The position numbers and the translations under genes are program-made. A model generated the notes under the pieces. It did not search any database and had not been told where the DNA came from. It worked only from the letters and a program-made list of their open reading frames with translations. This document shows positions 16,801 to 26,100 of a DNA stretch of 64,000 bases, in pieces. Location: positions 3,117 through 67,116 of the forward strand of contig JABJAL010000020.1 in assembly GCA_018669005.1 (NCBI GenBank), written 5' to 3'. The DNA is from Nitrospinaceae bacterium. GTDB lineage: Bacteria; UBA8248. Within the stretch, counting starts at the first letter, position 1. Every line of letters begins with the position of its first letter.

Positions 16801-18164
16801 AGGGCGCGGCATCTGCGGCGGCATTTGCCGCAGCCGCAGGAGGCGGTCCGGGCGGTCCCGGTGGACCTGGCGGGCCGGGTAGTCCGGGCGGGCCGGGTGG
16901 ATTTGACGTTGCCTCGTTTGCCCAATCTATCGCCCAGGCGGGTGCTCAGGCATTTCAAGCAGGACCCGGCGGGCCGGGTGGTCCCGGCGGGCCAGTAAAT
17001 ATAGACATCGCCGCTATCACGAGTTCAGTAACCACTCAGACACAGGCGTTCGTCGCACAGGCCCAGGCGGCCGGTGCCTTCAGCGGTCCTGGTGGACCGG
17101 TTCCGGGTGGATTCGCCGGCCCACCACCACCAGGCACTAGCTTTGCCGGCCTTCCGGGAGATCCGGGCGGCGCTCCCGGCGAAGGCGGTGATCCCGGCGC
17201 CTTTATCGCACCTCCTCCTGGTGGCTTCGTCGGCCCTGCTCCCGACGGCTCGACATTTGTTCCGCTCGATTCCCTAGCGACGGACACCACCCTCATCAAT
17301 TTGATCATAGAGGGCGCCACTGCCGAGGAAATCGCTGCAAGCATCATCTCTGGGTCAGTAGGCGATAGCACACTCACCACCACTGTTCAGACAACTACGG
17401 TGGAGGCAGAAGAACCGCCGGTGATTCTCAGGGACTCCCTCGATCGGCAGATCGTGGGTGTTCTCCTCTCAACGGCGCCGGACGGCACCACCGCCGAGAT
17501 GTTCACCTATATATTCGTCAAGGACAGCAACGGGATTAGCACGGTAGATGTCAAAGTGACGGTGCCAAATTCCAACATTCCTATCCCTATTTTCCAAACC
17601 TTCCAGGCATTGGTTTTCCCGGAGGAGACATTTAAATTAGGCTCCCTCATGTCCGAAGACGTGCGGAAGGAGTTTTTCGAAAAAGATCTCACCAGTTCCC
17701 TGCTGGGAACGATTCCGACAACGGGCATTACCGGCACCTATAAATTTGAGGTCTTCGAGCCGAACACGTCCACCCCGAGCATTACGAGGACTGTGCTCTT
17801 CTCGGGCGTCGCGGCACTACTTCCGAATCCTTCGGCGCCGACCGTCTCGGGTTCGGGCACCACACCCACCATCATCGGCACCGCGCTGACATCGAGCCAG
17901 CTCACGGCCGTCGGAGCCTCGGCGGCGTACTACCAAATCATCGCCGAGAACATTACTACCGGAGCTATCGAGTTTATTTTCGACGGTGTGTCTGGACCCA
18001 CCATGGCAACCGCCACTCAGCTACAGTCCGGCATCCAGGTTCCCAGCGGTTTACTCATTAGCAGCAATAGCTACCGTTTCGCGGTCCTTGCATTTGATGC
18101 ATCAACTCTTTTGGGCGCAACAAGAACTTCCGAAAGCGCTGAAGCAAGCGCATTTACACCCTAA
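13896..18164 (+). CDS. Giant secreted protein (1422 aa): signal peptide, FecR domain, Pro/Thr linker, Ala-rich 11/22-residue repeat array, Gly/Pro-rich segments, Thr-rich C-terminal domain
   Basis: The signal peptide is FLVCSILALGVSNANA. The FecR-type segment is SIVTPTVVAGLRGTDVYMNV. There are about 18 tandem 22-aa units (GANxAAxANASAQGAMQxAQxS) and GPGGPGG runs. Confidence 0.8.
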   Translation: MHSRRITRKLTGFLVCSILALGVSNANAANNAADLAMELAKALKVSAANAPAALKALQGRGIIPVEVFSGDPVTSNVAQTIATGLIKSGIKPPEAAKTLAAAAAAASVPLQDAVQGAVKAAIAAGADVAAVTKAASEGAVKGSTAQVSGPMTKGRYIKRNFLNKDTRSDAAAAYVPKGKANFEAVVAEIAAKGENSFAGSKASDPLTRADFLTLRYLQVGGKPGAVIGDKKRLLKKKGLIASEDIGQVKSFQGDATLTHPGSEKSIKITGNEAILYKDVGETELDARIELLFDDGSTLTISEDTALTIDEMIYNPKTKYRSIKLRVKSGTIHVKTAKNSNPKSKFSIVTPTVVAGLRGTDVYMNVTPTGASRVTSNTGANAGNVVMRAATVSDRPPPATTPTPGTPPLAATPAQAPPGVTVTPGNGSSAAPGATTASPPAPPTPAQNQADAAATTITNPGTPQAVSVAGDAAGSAALAAASGAVQAAQAAGVNVGPVANAAAQGAMTGAQAAGAGGAAGIIANASANGAVSGAQVSGANVAAAANASSQGSIQGAQAVGANANAAAAGASNGAVLGAQSSGANMAAVANASAQGAMQAAQSSGANLAAIANASAQGAMQGAEVSGANASAVANAAAQGSMQAAVAGGSNVAAIANATAQGVVAAAQAMGGNAGAMSQAASSGAIAAAQAAGANVTVIATAVASGAVASAQLNNANVGAIAQAASSGAMQAASQFAPGAPGAPAGAASFASAIANAMAQGAMAGAQAGGANIGAVAHGTSAGSIAGAQAGGMDVGSIAQAMSQGLTQGAGAANAGVVAQAALTGAVQAAAASGANVNAIAAATSTGSVQAAAAAGINISVIVQASSAGVVSGAASIQQAQAQGQSLAGLFSGSTGAAGELGASGAPNVPGAPGVPGGPGGPPTAFTINTTAIAQAATGAMVQAMMQAGPGGPGGQGGPTNIAAIVQAAAQGAASAAAFAAAAGGGPGGPGGPGGPGSPGGPGGFDVASFAQSIAQAGAQAFQAGPGGPGGPGGPVNIDIAAITSSVTTQTQAFVAQAQAAGAFSGPGGPVPGGFAGPPPPGTSFAGLPGDPGGAPGEGGDPGAFIAPPPGGFVGPAPDGSTFVPLDSLATDTTLINLIIEGATAEEIAASIISGSVGDSTLTTTVQTTTVEAEEPPVILRDSLDRQIVGVLLSTAPDGTTAEMFTYIFVKDSNGISTVDVKVTVPNSNIPIPIFQTFQALVFPEETFKLGSLMSEDVRKEFFEKDLTSSLLGTIPTTGITGTYKFEVFEPNTSTPSITRTVLFSGVAALLPNPSAPTVSGSGTTPTIIGTALTSSQLTAVGASAAYYQIIAENITTGAIEFIFDGVSGPTMATATQLQSGIQVPSGLLISSNSYRFAVLAFDASTLLGATRTSESAEASAFTP
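15300..16530 (+). repeat. Tandem 66-bp (22-codon, internally 2x11) coding repeat array inside the giant gene
   Basis: The nucleotide unit gccaacgcctccgcgcagggcgcgatgcaggc... is visibly repeated. The protein units consist almost only of A, G, S, N, Q, M, V and I. Confidence 0.75.
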
Positions 18165-18224
18165 CATTGATTGCATTTCGGCTCTCCTTCCTCCCGGCTT
18201 AGTTGCCAAGGGGCGGGGGGGCCG

Positions 18225-18250
18225 GTTTTTTTTGCCCATCGAGAAAACCA
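18225..18250 (+). terminator. Possible intrinsic terminator after the giant gene (GC-rich segment followed by T8)
   Basis: The sequence reads ggggcgggggggccgg followed by tttttttt. The stem pairing is imperfect, so this is a weak call. Confidence 0.3.
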
Positions 18251-18336
18251 CTTTCAATCACAAGGGGTGATTAAGTAGTATGGACAGGTACGATCGGCGC
18301 ACGCTAATAAAAACCACCCGCGGGAGAATAAGAAGC

Positions 18337-19827
18337 ATGACATCAACACTAAAATTACTCGCGATACAAATAATCTCTGCGGGATTAATCACAGCCCCCG
18401 TATTTGCGGCTACCGGGCCTCTCACAGAGGCGAAACAACTCGAGGCCCAGGCAACTAAACACCTAAACGCCAAGAACATAGACACCGCAATACCCCTCCT
18501 GCGCCGCGCTCTCGAGCTTCTCGAGAAAAAACTCGGCCCCGCACATCCCCGCCTGGCATCGACCCTTGGTAACTTGGCAATTGTTCAGCAAATGAAAGGG
18601 CGCAATGCCGAGGCGCTCTCGTTATTCAGCCGCGCACTCAAGATTCGCGAGAAAGCGCTGGGCGCCGAGCATCCAAAAGTCGCCGACACTCTCAACAACA
18701 TCGGCGGCTTTCTTCAATCGCAGGGCAAACAAAAAAAAGCGGCTGCCTTTTTCCGGCGTGCCCTCGCCATCCGAGAAAAAAAGCTTGGTCGCTACCATCT
18801 CAAAGTGGGTCGGAGCCTCAAGAAATTAGCCGACATCTACCGACTTCAACAAAAATACAGCCAGGCCGAGCCTCTCTACCGGCGAGCCCTCGCGGTTTTT
18901 GACAAAACCCTGCCCCCCGGGCACACCAAGATCACCGAAACCCTCGAGTTCCTGACATTGTCGATGTTTCCGCAACGAAAATTCCTGTCCGCAGAACCTC
19001 TTCTTAAGCGCCTGCTCGCCTTACAGGAAAAATATCTGGGCAAGGAGCACATCGTGATTTCCAAGACTCTCAATAATCTGGCCATCTCCCTGAGAATCAA
19101 GGGAAATCTGCCAGTCGCCGAGGGACTCCTTCGGCGCTCTTTGGCTATCGTTCAGAAAAACCTGGGGCCCAACAATCTCCATGTCGCAGTAGGTCTGAAT
19201 AATCTCGCTGATATCTATCAGATACAAGGCTTACTGCCGAAGGCCGAACTTCTCTATATCGCTTCCATGAAAATGCGGGAAAAAATTCTGGGCGACAGGA
19301 GCCCGCAAGTGCTTTTTTCCCTGAATAATCTTACCAGTCTCTACCTCAAGCAAAGAAAATATGACAAGGCTGAACCTATCCTGAAGCGGGTACTCGACAT
19401 TCACACAAAAACACTTGGGCCCAAGCACCCTCGCGTCGCCTCAAGCCTCGCCTTTTTAGGGAACCTTTACCTGCGCAAGGGCGAATTCGAAAAATCCGTG
19501 GCACATCATCAGCGTGCCCTTGAAATTCGCGAGAAGATATATGGCTCAGATCATCCCGAGGTGGCCAAGAGTCTTCATCAACTGGCAACCAGCTACATTT
19601 TTCAGGTTGACCCCGGCAAATTCCGCGAGGCGGCAGATTTACTAAAACGAGCGCTGCGTATCCGGCAGAAAAAATTCAGCAAGAACCACCCGGCCATCGC
19701 TCTAACTCTCGAATCCTTAGCCCTTCTCTACAAAACCAACGAGAGGGACGGAAAACGATTTTCGGAAAGAGCCAAAATTATCCGGAGTAATATCAAGAAG
19801 AACAAAAAGAAAAAAACAAAACGCTAA
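18337..19827 (+). CDS. Secreted tetratricopeptide-repeat protein (TPR_10/TPR_12, kinesin-light-chain-like)
   Basis: The signal peptide is LLAIQIISAGLITAPVFAA. More than 10 repeats of the pattern A..L.nLa.lY..qGry.eAeplyrrALai.ek.lG..HP are present. Confidence 0.75.
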   Translation: MTSTLKLLAIQIISAGLITAPVFAATGPLTEAKQLEAQATKHLNAKNIDTAIPLLRRALELLEKKLGPAHPRLASTLGNLAIVQQMKGRNAEALSLFSRALKIREKALGAEHPKVADTLNNIGGFLQSQGKQKKAAAFFRRALAIREKKLGRYHLKVGRSLKKLADIYRLQQKYSQAEPLYRRALAVFDKTLPPGHTKITETLEFLTLSMFPQRKFLSAEPLLKRLLALQEKYLGKEHIVISKTLNNLAISLRIKGNLPVAEGLLRRSLAIVQKNLGPNNLHVAVGLNNLADIYQIQGLLPKAELLYIASMKMREKILGDRSPQVLFSLNNLTSLYLKQRKYDKAEPILKRVLDIHTKTLGPKHPRVASSLAFLGNLYLRKGEFEKSVAHHQRALEIREKIYGSDHPEVAKSLHQLATSYIFQVDPGKFREAADLLKRALRIRQKKFSKNHPAIALTLESLALLYKTNERDGKRFSERAKIIRSNIKKNKKKKTKR

Positions 19828-19839
19828 ACGCCCTACCCA

Positions 19840-21192
19840 TTGGAGATAACTGTAGTGAGCGATAATTTTGAGAGTACTCATGCGGGCTCAAAAGAGCTTT
19901 TCGCCAAAGCAGGCACCAGGCTCCCCGGTGGCCTCAATGGCGAGCTCCGCGCCGCCGACCCGTTTCCCCTCTTTATCGAGCGCGCCCAGGGCTCTCGCAA
20001 ATGGGACGCAGACGACAACGAGTACATCGACTATTCGATGGGCAGCGCCGCCCTGCTTCTCGGCCACGCCCACCCGGCCATCACCAGCGCCATCGTGCGC
20101 CAGGCCCCGCGGGGCACCCTCTATTCGGGCTTGACCGCCCTTGAGGTCGAATGGGCCACGCTCATCAGTGAACTCTACCCCTCGGCAAGACAGATACGCT
20201 TCACGGGCTCGGGCACCGAGGCCAACACCCTGGCCTTTCGCCTCGCCCGCGCCGCCACCGGCCGCGAGAAAATCCTCCGCTTCGAGGGCCACTTCCACGG
20301 CTGGGGCGATGACACCTCGGTCGGCATCAAGCTGCCCTTTGGTGAGCCCCACAGCCACGGCATCCTCCCCGCCGTGGACGCCGCCTCGGTCCTCTGCCAG
20401 GCCGACGCGGCAAGCGCAGCTGCCGCCATCGATGCCAACCCGGACATCGCCGCTATCGTGCTAGAGCCCTCTGGCGCCTCGTGGGGAACGGTGCCTATCC
20501 CCGATAATTTCCTCGAAGACCTGAGGCAGCTCGCCGATAAGAGCGGCGCGCTGCTCATTTTCGATGAAGTCATCACCGGCTTTCGCTGGAGCCCGGGCGG
20601 GATGCAGGCTTTATCCGGCGTAACCCCCGACATCACCACCCTGGCCAAGAACCTGACGGGCGGCCTGCCCGGCGGCGCCGTCGCCGGGAGCCCCGAGGTC
20701 ATGCGCCTCCTCGACCCAGCCGTTGAGTTCAAGGGCAAGCGCGCTGGCGTCTTCCACCGGGGCACCTTCAACGCCAATCCGCTATCGGCCGCCGCAGGCA
20801 TCGCCGCGCTCGGCATATTCAAAACCGGCGAGCCCCAGCGCCATGCCGACGCCATGGCGGCCCGCCTCCGCGAGGGAATGAACCGCGTCCTACTGCGCCG
20901 TGAAATCGCAGGCGCCGCCTACGGACCCTCGTCCACCTGCCACATCTATCTCGGCCCCGTGAAGCGCCCCGGCACCATCGATGGCCTCGGCGCCGCCGAG
21001 CTAAAAAGCATCCCGCCCAAAACGGTCGCGGCCCTCCAGCGCGCCCTCCGCGTTCGCGGCGTTGATCTGATGAGCTACACCGGGGGCGTCACCTCGGCAG
21101 CGCACACCGAGGCCGACATCGACAAAACGATAGACGTGTTTGATGAAGCTGCCAGCGCACTGGCAGAAAGCGGCACGGTCGAGCGGCTATAG
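19840..21192 (+). CDS. Class III aminotransferase, glutamate-1-semialdehyde aminomutase-like (paralog of 8641..10011)
   Basis: The motifs DDNEYIDYSMG, FTGSGTEA and IFDEVITGFR align with the first copy. Confidence 0.8.
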   Translation: MEITVVSDNFESTHAGSKELFAKAGTRLPGGLNGELRAADPFPLFIERAQGSRKWDADDNEYIDYSMGSAALLLGHAHPAITSAIVRQAPRGTLYSGLTALEVEWATLISELYPSARQIRFTGSGTEANTLAFRLARAATGREKILRFEGHFHGWGDDTSVGIKLPFGEPHSHGILPAVDAASVLCQADAASAAAAIDANPDIAAIVLEPSGASWGTVPIPDNFLEDLRQLADKSGALLIFDEVITGFRWSPGGMQALSGVTPDITTLAKNLTGGLPGGAVAGSPEVMRLLDPAVEFKGKRAGVFHRGTFNANPLSAAAGIAALGIFKTGEPQRHADAMAARLREGMNRVLLRREIAGAAYGPSSTCHIYLGPVKRPGTIDGLGAAELKSIPPKTVAALQRALRVRGVDLMSYTGGVTSAAHTEADIDKTIDVFDEAASALAESGTVERL

Positions 21193-21232
21193 TTTTTTTC
21201 AGAAAATAAATTACAGCAAGGAAAAGCGACGA

Positions 21233-22315
21233 TTACAACACCACAGGCTCGGTGTCTTTCAAGAGGGGCATTACCTCGCGGCCAAAAATTTCGGCCTCCT
21301 CCAAATGCGGCCAGCCCGAGAGGATAAACGTCCCGCACCCGGCCTCTACGTATTCGCGCAAAGCGCCCGCCACCATGTCGGGGGTGCCCACCAGGGTTGC
21401 CCCGGCCCCGGCCCTGACCGCGTTGACCCCCATCCAGAGCGTATCCGTCACCCAGAGAGAGTCCCTTGCGCCCAGCGCGTTCATGCGCCGCTGGCCCTCG
21501 CTCTCGGTCTTGTTGCGCATGTCGGACCACACCTGAATGTTCGAGATATCCGTCCCCTCAATCATCGCCTCGGCCGCCCGGCGGGCCTCGGCCTTTGTCT
21601 CGCGGCAGACGATGTGCATCCTTAAGCCAAGTGTTATCTCGTCCGCTCTTCCAAACTCGGCGGCGCGTTTTTTCATATCCTCTGCATCCTGCGCGGCCTC
21701 CTCGACCTCGCCCGTCCACATCATGTGCACATCGGCATGCCGCGCCCCGCAGCGCCGCCCGGCATCCGAGCTTGCGCCAAGGTAAATCGGCGGATAGGGC
21801 TTGTTGACGGGTTTTGCGTAGATCACAGCCCCCTCGACCTCGTACAAATCTCCTTTGTGATCAACCGGGCCCTCCCCGCGCCAGACAGATTTCACGATAT
21901 CGAGAAACTCATCGGTTCGCGCATAACGCTCATCGTGGTTCAAATAATCGCCATAGCGCTTTTGGTCCACCGCCGTTGAGCCCGTCACCACATTCACCGT
22001 GAGGCGGCCCCCCGTTATGATGTCGAACGTTGCCGCCTGCTGGGCCGTCAACACCGGGCTCATTAATCCGGGCCGGAACGCCACGCAGAATTTAATCTTG
22101 TCCGTTCGCTCCGCAATGGCCGCCGACATCACCCAGCCGTCCATGCAATGCGTCCCCGTGGGCACGAGCAGGTTCACGAACCCCGCCCCCTCGGCGGCTC
22201 TTGCCACCTCGCTCAGATATTCCACCGTCGGCGGGCGCTCGGCCACCTTGGCGTTAATCTTGTGGCCGTCCCCGTACTGCCCCGTTGGCAGGAACCAGGC
22301 GTATTCGGTCGGCAT
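21233..22315 (-). CDS. LLM class flavin-dependent oxidoreductase (second copy)
   Basis: A luciferase-like monooxygenase family pattern with a TIM-barrel and an alkanesulfonate/F420-type fold. Confidence 0.8.
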   Translation of the reverse strand: MPTEYAWFLPTGQYGDGHKINAKVAERPPTVEYLSEVARAAEGAGFVNLLVPTGTHCMDGWVMSAAIAERTDKIKFCVAFRPGLMSPVLTAQQAATFDIITGGRLTVNVVTGSTAVDQKRYGDYLNHDERYARTDEFLDIVKSVWRGEGPVDHKGDLYEVEGAVIYAKPVNKPYPPIYLGASSDAGRRCGARHADVHMMWTGEVEEAAQDAEDMKKRAAEFGRADEITLGLRMHIVCRETKAEARRAAEAMIEGTDISNIQVWSDMRNKTESEGQRRMNALGARDSLWVTDTLWMGVNAVRAGAGATLVGTPDMVAGALREYVEAGCGTFILSGWPHLEEAEIFGREVMPLLKDTEPVVL

Positions 22316-22396
22316 TAATAAGCCTCCGCGTTTATGAATCGGATGATTGTATGGGGAAAGGATAGCATGGCGGGGGGGATGGGAAGAACCGATGTT

Positions 22397-22417
22397 CCCT
22401 CTCCCCCCGGGAGAGGG
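22397..22417 (-). terminator. Perfect 9-bp stem / 3-nt loop hairpin (ccctctccc-ccc-gggagaggg) downstream of the DUF2971 gene
   Basis: The inverted repeat is seen directly. It lies in the 137-bp gap between DUF2971 and the LLM gene, and no U-tract follows it. Confidence 0.4.
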
Positions 22418-22452
22418 TTAGGGTGAGGGAAAAACGAGAACACCCATCTCCA

Positions 22453-23190
22453 TCAATCAACCGGATCGATATCGAGCCCGTATTCTTTTTCCTTGATTCG
22501 CGCCTCGTAAAATTGGAGTGGCGAACTTCTTTTCTTCTCCCATTCACGAAAAAGAATCTTGTAATCCTCTTCCATCCGACAACCAAAAATTATACCTTTC
22601 AAAAGTTCTTCTGGAAATTTCCGAGTAGTGCTTGCTAAATTAAACGCAAAAATTCTTCGTTCTTTTTCATATTCCCATTTCCTTGATTTAGATAAGAACA
22701 TATTTTCCAAATCTTTCTCGGGAGAATGAGAGAGAGGATCGACTATTGGATATTCATTTGAATAGTTAACCTTTCGGGCACTTCCAAAAAAAGAAGTTTC
22801 ATTTGGCACCTCGAACTCCAAACAGAATCCTTGGTGTGAACTTGAGTAATGCGAATACATTAAAATTTCATCATTAATTTCACTGAAACAACATAGACCT
22901 ACTCCCATATTTTCACATTCTTTTAAAAAATTATTTCTAATTGTCGTCTCTAATTTTGTCTTATCTATCATTGCCATGTGTTCGGGGGTAATTTCTATTA
23001 ATTCTCCAACAAATTTTTCTTTGTCTTCTTCTGTTTCTCCAATTCTAAATCCAGGCCGACAATCAAATGGATCGTTAAAATCCAGTGGCGAGGAAAAATA
23101 TATTTCACTATCACAGATCAGACTTCTGGCGTGTTTCAACTCTTCCGTTGTGCTCAATGACTTGTATTTATAAAGAGTTGAAATACTCAT
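22453..23190 (-). CDS. DUF2971 family protein
   Basis: The N-terminal signature is LYKYKSL...EIYFSSPLDFNDPFD (DUF2971: lYKYrs...lwfssp..fNDP.E). GC is ~35-40 % in a 65 % GC context. The start overlaps the upstream hydantoinase stop by 23 nt. Confidence 0.65.
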   Translation of the reverse strand: MSISTLYKYKSLSTTEELKHARSLICDSEIYFSSPLDFNDPFDCRPGFRIGETEEDKEKFVGELIEITPEHMAMIDKTKLETTIRNNFLKECENMGVGLCCFSEINDEILMYSHYSSSHQGFCLEFEVPNETSFFGSARKVNYSNEYPIVDPLSHSPEKDLENMFLSKSRKWEYEKERRIFAFNLASTTRKFPEELLKGIIFGCRMEEDYKILFREWEKKRSSPLQFYEARIKEKEYGLDIDPVD

Positions 23191-26100
23191 CTTGCCCCCC
23201 CCTCACCTTCCCCGTTGCCTTCTCATCAACTTCAAACGTCTCGGGGTCAACAACCACGCCATAATCCTCCCGCGCGCTTTTAACCGAAACAACTCCGTCT
23301 TTCACATCGGCAGCAACGGTCTCAAAGGGGCGATCAAATGGCTCGCCAAACCCGCCGCCACCCGGCCCCTCAATAAGGAGCCTGCCGGGGGGAAGATCGA
23401 CGTTGGCGTACTGGGGAAGGTCGGAAAGTTTGCCGTTTTCACCGAACATAACGCGCGCGATGGCGCCGGGGCCGCCGCCATGAAGACCAAAAGTCGTGAC
23501 CGTTCGGCAAGATTCCCCCCTCGTTGAGCACGAAACAGGGGCATCGATTTCGGCCTCATAGTAAACGCCCGTGCCCCCGCGCCAGCGGCCGGGGCCGCCC
23601 CCGTCCATGCGAAGCTCTTGCCTGATAAAGCGCACCGGGTAGTCTTGCTCGTAGTGCTCTAAGTTCGGAATGGTGAGCGCCCCCAGGGTGGGCATGTTCC
23701 CGATGAGGGGAAAGCCGTCGCGGCCCTCGACTGCCCCCGCGCCGGGGCCGCCCCCCCAGTGGTAGACAACAAAAAACTCGCCGCGCACATCAAAGCCCGC
23801 CGTTACCGGGTAGGCGGTTTTGGCCCAGGCCGCAGACACGCGGCCCGGCGCGACATCTGCCAGCGCCTTCCAGACGCACTGGGCAATCTCGTGCGAGGGA
23901 AAGACGGTGCAAAGCGTCACCGGGGCCGGAAACGAGGCGTTCACGACGGTGCCTGCGGGCGCAATGATTTTGATGGGCCGGTAGGTGCCCTCGTTGTGGG
24001 GAATGAGCGGGTCCATCATCGAGGAGAGGCCAACATAAAGGGCCGAGCAGGTGTTGGCGATGGGGCTGTTCTTGTAGCCCTTCATCTGGGGAGCCGAGCC
24101 CGTGAAATCTGCGGTGATGTCGGTGCCTTTTTTCGTGAGCGTGAGTTTTACGGGAATCTCGGCGGGCTCAAAACAATCGGTATTCATGTACTCGGTGGCG
24201 GTGTAAACACCGTCGGGTATCACCTCAAGCTCGGCGCGCATCAGGGCCTCGGAGTAATCCAAAAGCCCCGAGAGCCCGGCAACAAGCGCGGCCTGCCCCA
24301 TTTCCGCGCCAATCTCGGCAAGGCGTTTTGAGCCAATGTGGGTGCTCCCCACCATGGCGGCAAAATCGTGGGCAATCACCTCGGGGGCGCGGGTGTTGGC
24401 GAGGATAAGACGGATAAGATCGGCGCGCGCCTCGCCCCTCTCGTGGATTTTTACCGGGGTGATCCTGAATCCTTCGTGGAAAATTTCTGTGGCATCAGAA
24501 TTATAGGTCCCGATGACGCCGCCGCCCACATCGACCTGGTGCGCTCGATTCGAGACAAATCCGGCCAGATCGCCTCCCACGAACACCGGGGCGATGACGG
24601 TCCAGTCGGGCAGGTGGTTGCCGCCCCCCATGTAGGGATCGTTTAAGAGAAATAAATCGCCGGGATTAATGTCGCCTGCAAAATCTTTTAACACCCCCCG
24701 TACGGCAAAACCGCCGCTGCCGGTGTGGATGGGCAGGCCGTCGGCCTGGGAAACAAGGTGGCCCTCGGGGTCGCAAATAAAACATGAGAAATCGTGTGCC
24801 TGGCTAAAGATGGTCGAGCGGGCCGTGCGCTGCATGATGATGCCCATCTCGCGGGCAATGACGTCGAGGCGCTGCTGCAAGATGGCAAGGCTGATGGGGT
24901 CTGTGGCCCCGGTTTTCACATTTTTTGGGGACTCAACTTCGACGGCTTTAGCCGGGGCGGCCCCAACCGGGGCGACTTCGATAATGAATGCGCCACCGCC
25001 GCCCAGGCGAAGGGTATCGCCGGGCTCGATGAGAATCGTGGTGGTCGGCTCCTCGACGATGGCCGGGCCCTCGACAACGGAGGCGGCGATTAAATCACTT
25101 CCGCGCCAGACGGCGGCCTCCTCCCAGCTACCGGTTGCCTCGAAATAAGCGCGGCGATGAGATTGAGGCTGCGCCACGACGTCGGCACCGGGCGCTGTGT
25201 CAAAAACAAGGGGTGGTTGTTCGGCCTCGGCACGGACCCTGAAGCCGGTAATCTCGACGGGCTCGCCGGGGCGATGGTGGCCGTAGGTTGATTTGTGGGT
25301 CTCGTGAAAGCGCTCGGCAATGCTAGTGGCTGCACCATCGTTTAATGTGCACTCGACCTCAACAGAAAGGTGCCAGGCCTGGCCGGGGTAGCGCATGTCC
25401 AGGGCCGAGGTGAGGGTGAAATCCCCTGGGGCGCTTCCGGCGCTCTCAATATCGCGTGCGAGCTCTTCCCTGAGGGTATTGATTTCGCCCTCAAGGACCG
25501 AGGCGGGGGTCTCATCTAGCCGCAACGTTCGGCTTTTCAATCGGTTATATCGAATCGGGCTCCCCGCCATCCCGACGGCACACACCCCTGCCGCCTCGCG
25601 CGGAACGATGATGTGCGACATGTGGCAGTGGCGCGCCACCGCCGCCGCCGAGAGCCCTCCTGCCCCGCCGCCCGCGACGAGGGCCATCTGCCGGGGGTCG
25701 GCCCCGTGCCGCGCACATATTGTCTCGACTGCGCCCGCCATCTGGCGGCTCGCCAGTCGAACCGCGCCCGCCGCCGCCTCGGGGACGCTCATCCCCAGCG
25801 CCTCGGCCACCCTTGCGAAGGCTGACTCGGCTTTCTCCGCGCTCAACGGCATCTCGCCATCCAGCAGCCCGCGCGGGTCCAACCGACCCAGAATGAGATG
25901 GGCATCCGTGATGGTGGGCCGCTCACCACCTTTTCCATAGCTCGCAGGACCCGGCTCGGCTCCCGCGCTATCGGGCCCCACACGGAGCCCTCCGCCCGGA
26001 TCCGCCCAGACGATGGCGCCGCCCCCGGTGCCGATGGTGTGTACCTCAACAGAGGGAAGCGCCACGTGATAGCCGCCGACGGCGGACTGATCCACCATCC

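Noticed and set aside
14978-17383. Many ORFs (up to 243 aa, Ala/Pro/Arg-rich) on both strands inside the giant gene
   Set aside because: These are shadow ORFs generated by the GC-rich repetitive coding sequence. The plus-strand 1422-aa frame explains the region and has a signal peptide and recognisable domains.
22388-22440. The 22397-22417 inverted repeat as an insertion-sequence terminal inverted repeat or att site bounding the DUF2971 gene
   Set aside because: No matching repeat was found at the other end, around 23190-23200, and there is no transposase or integrase. It is kept only as a hairpin or terminator-like element.
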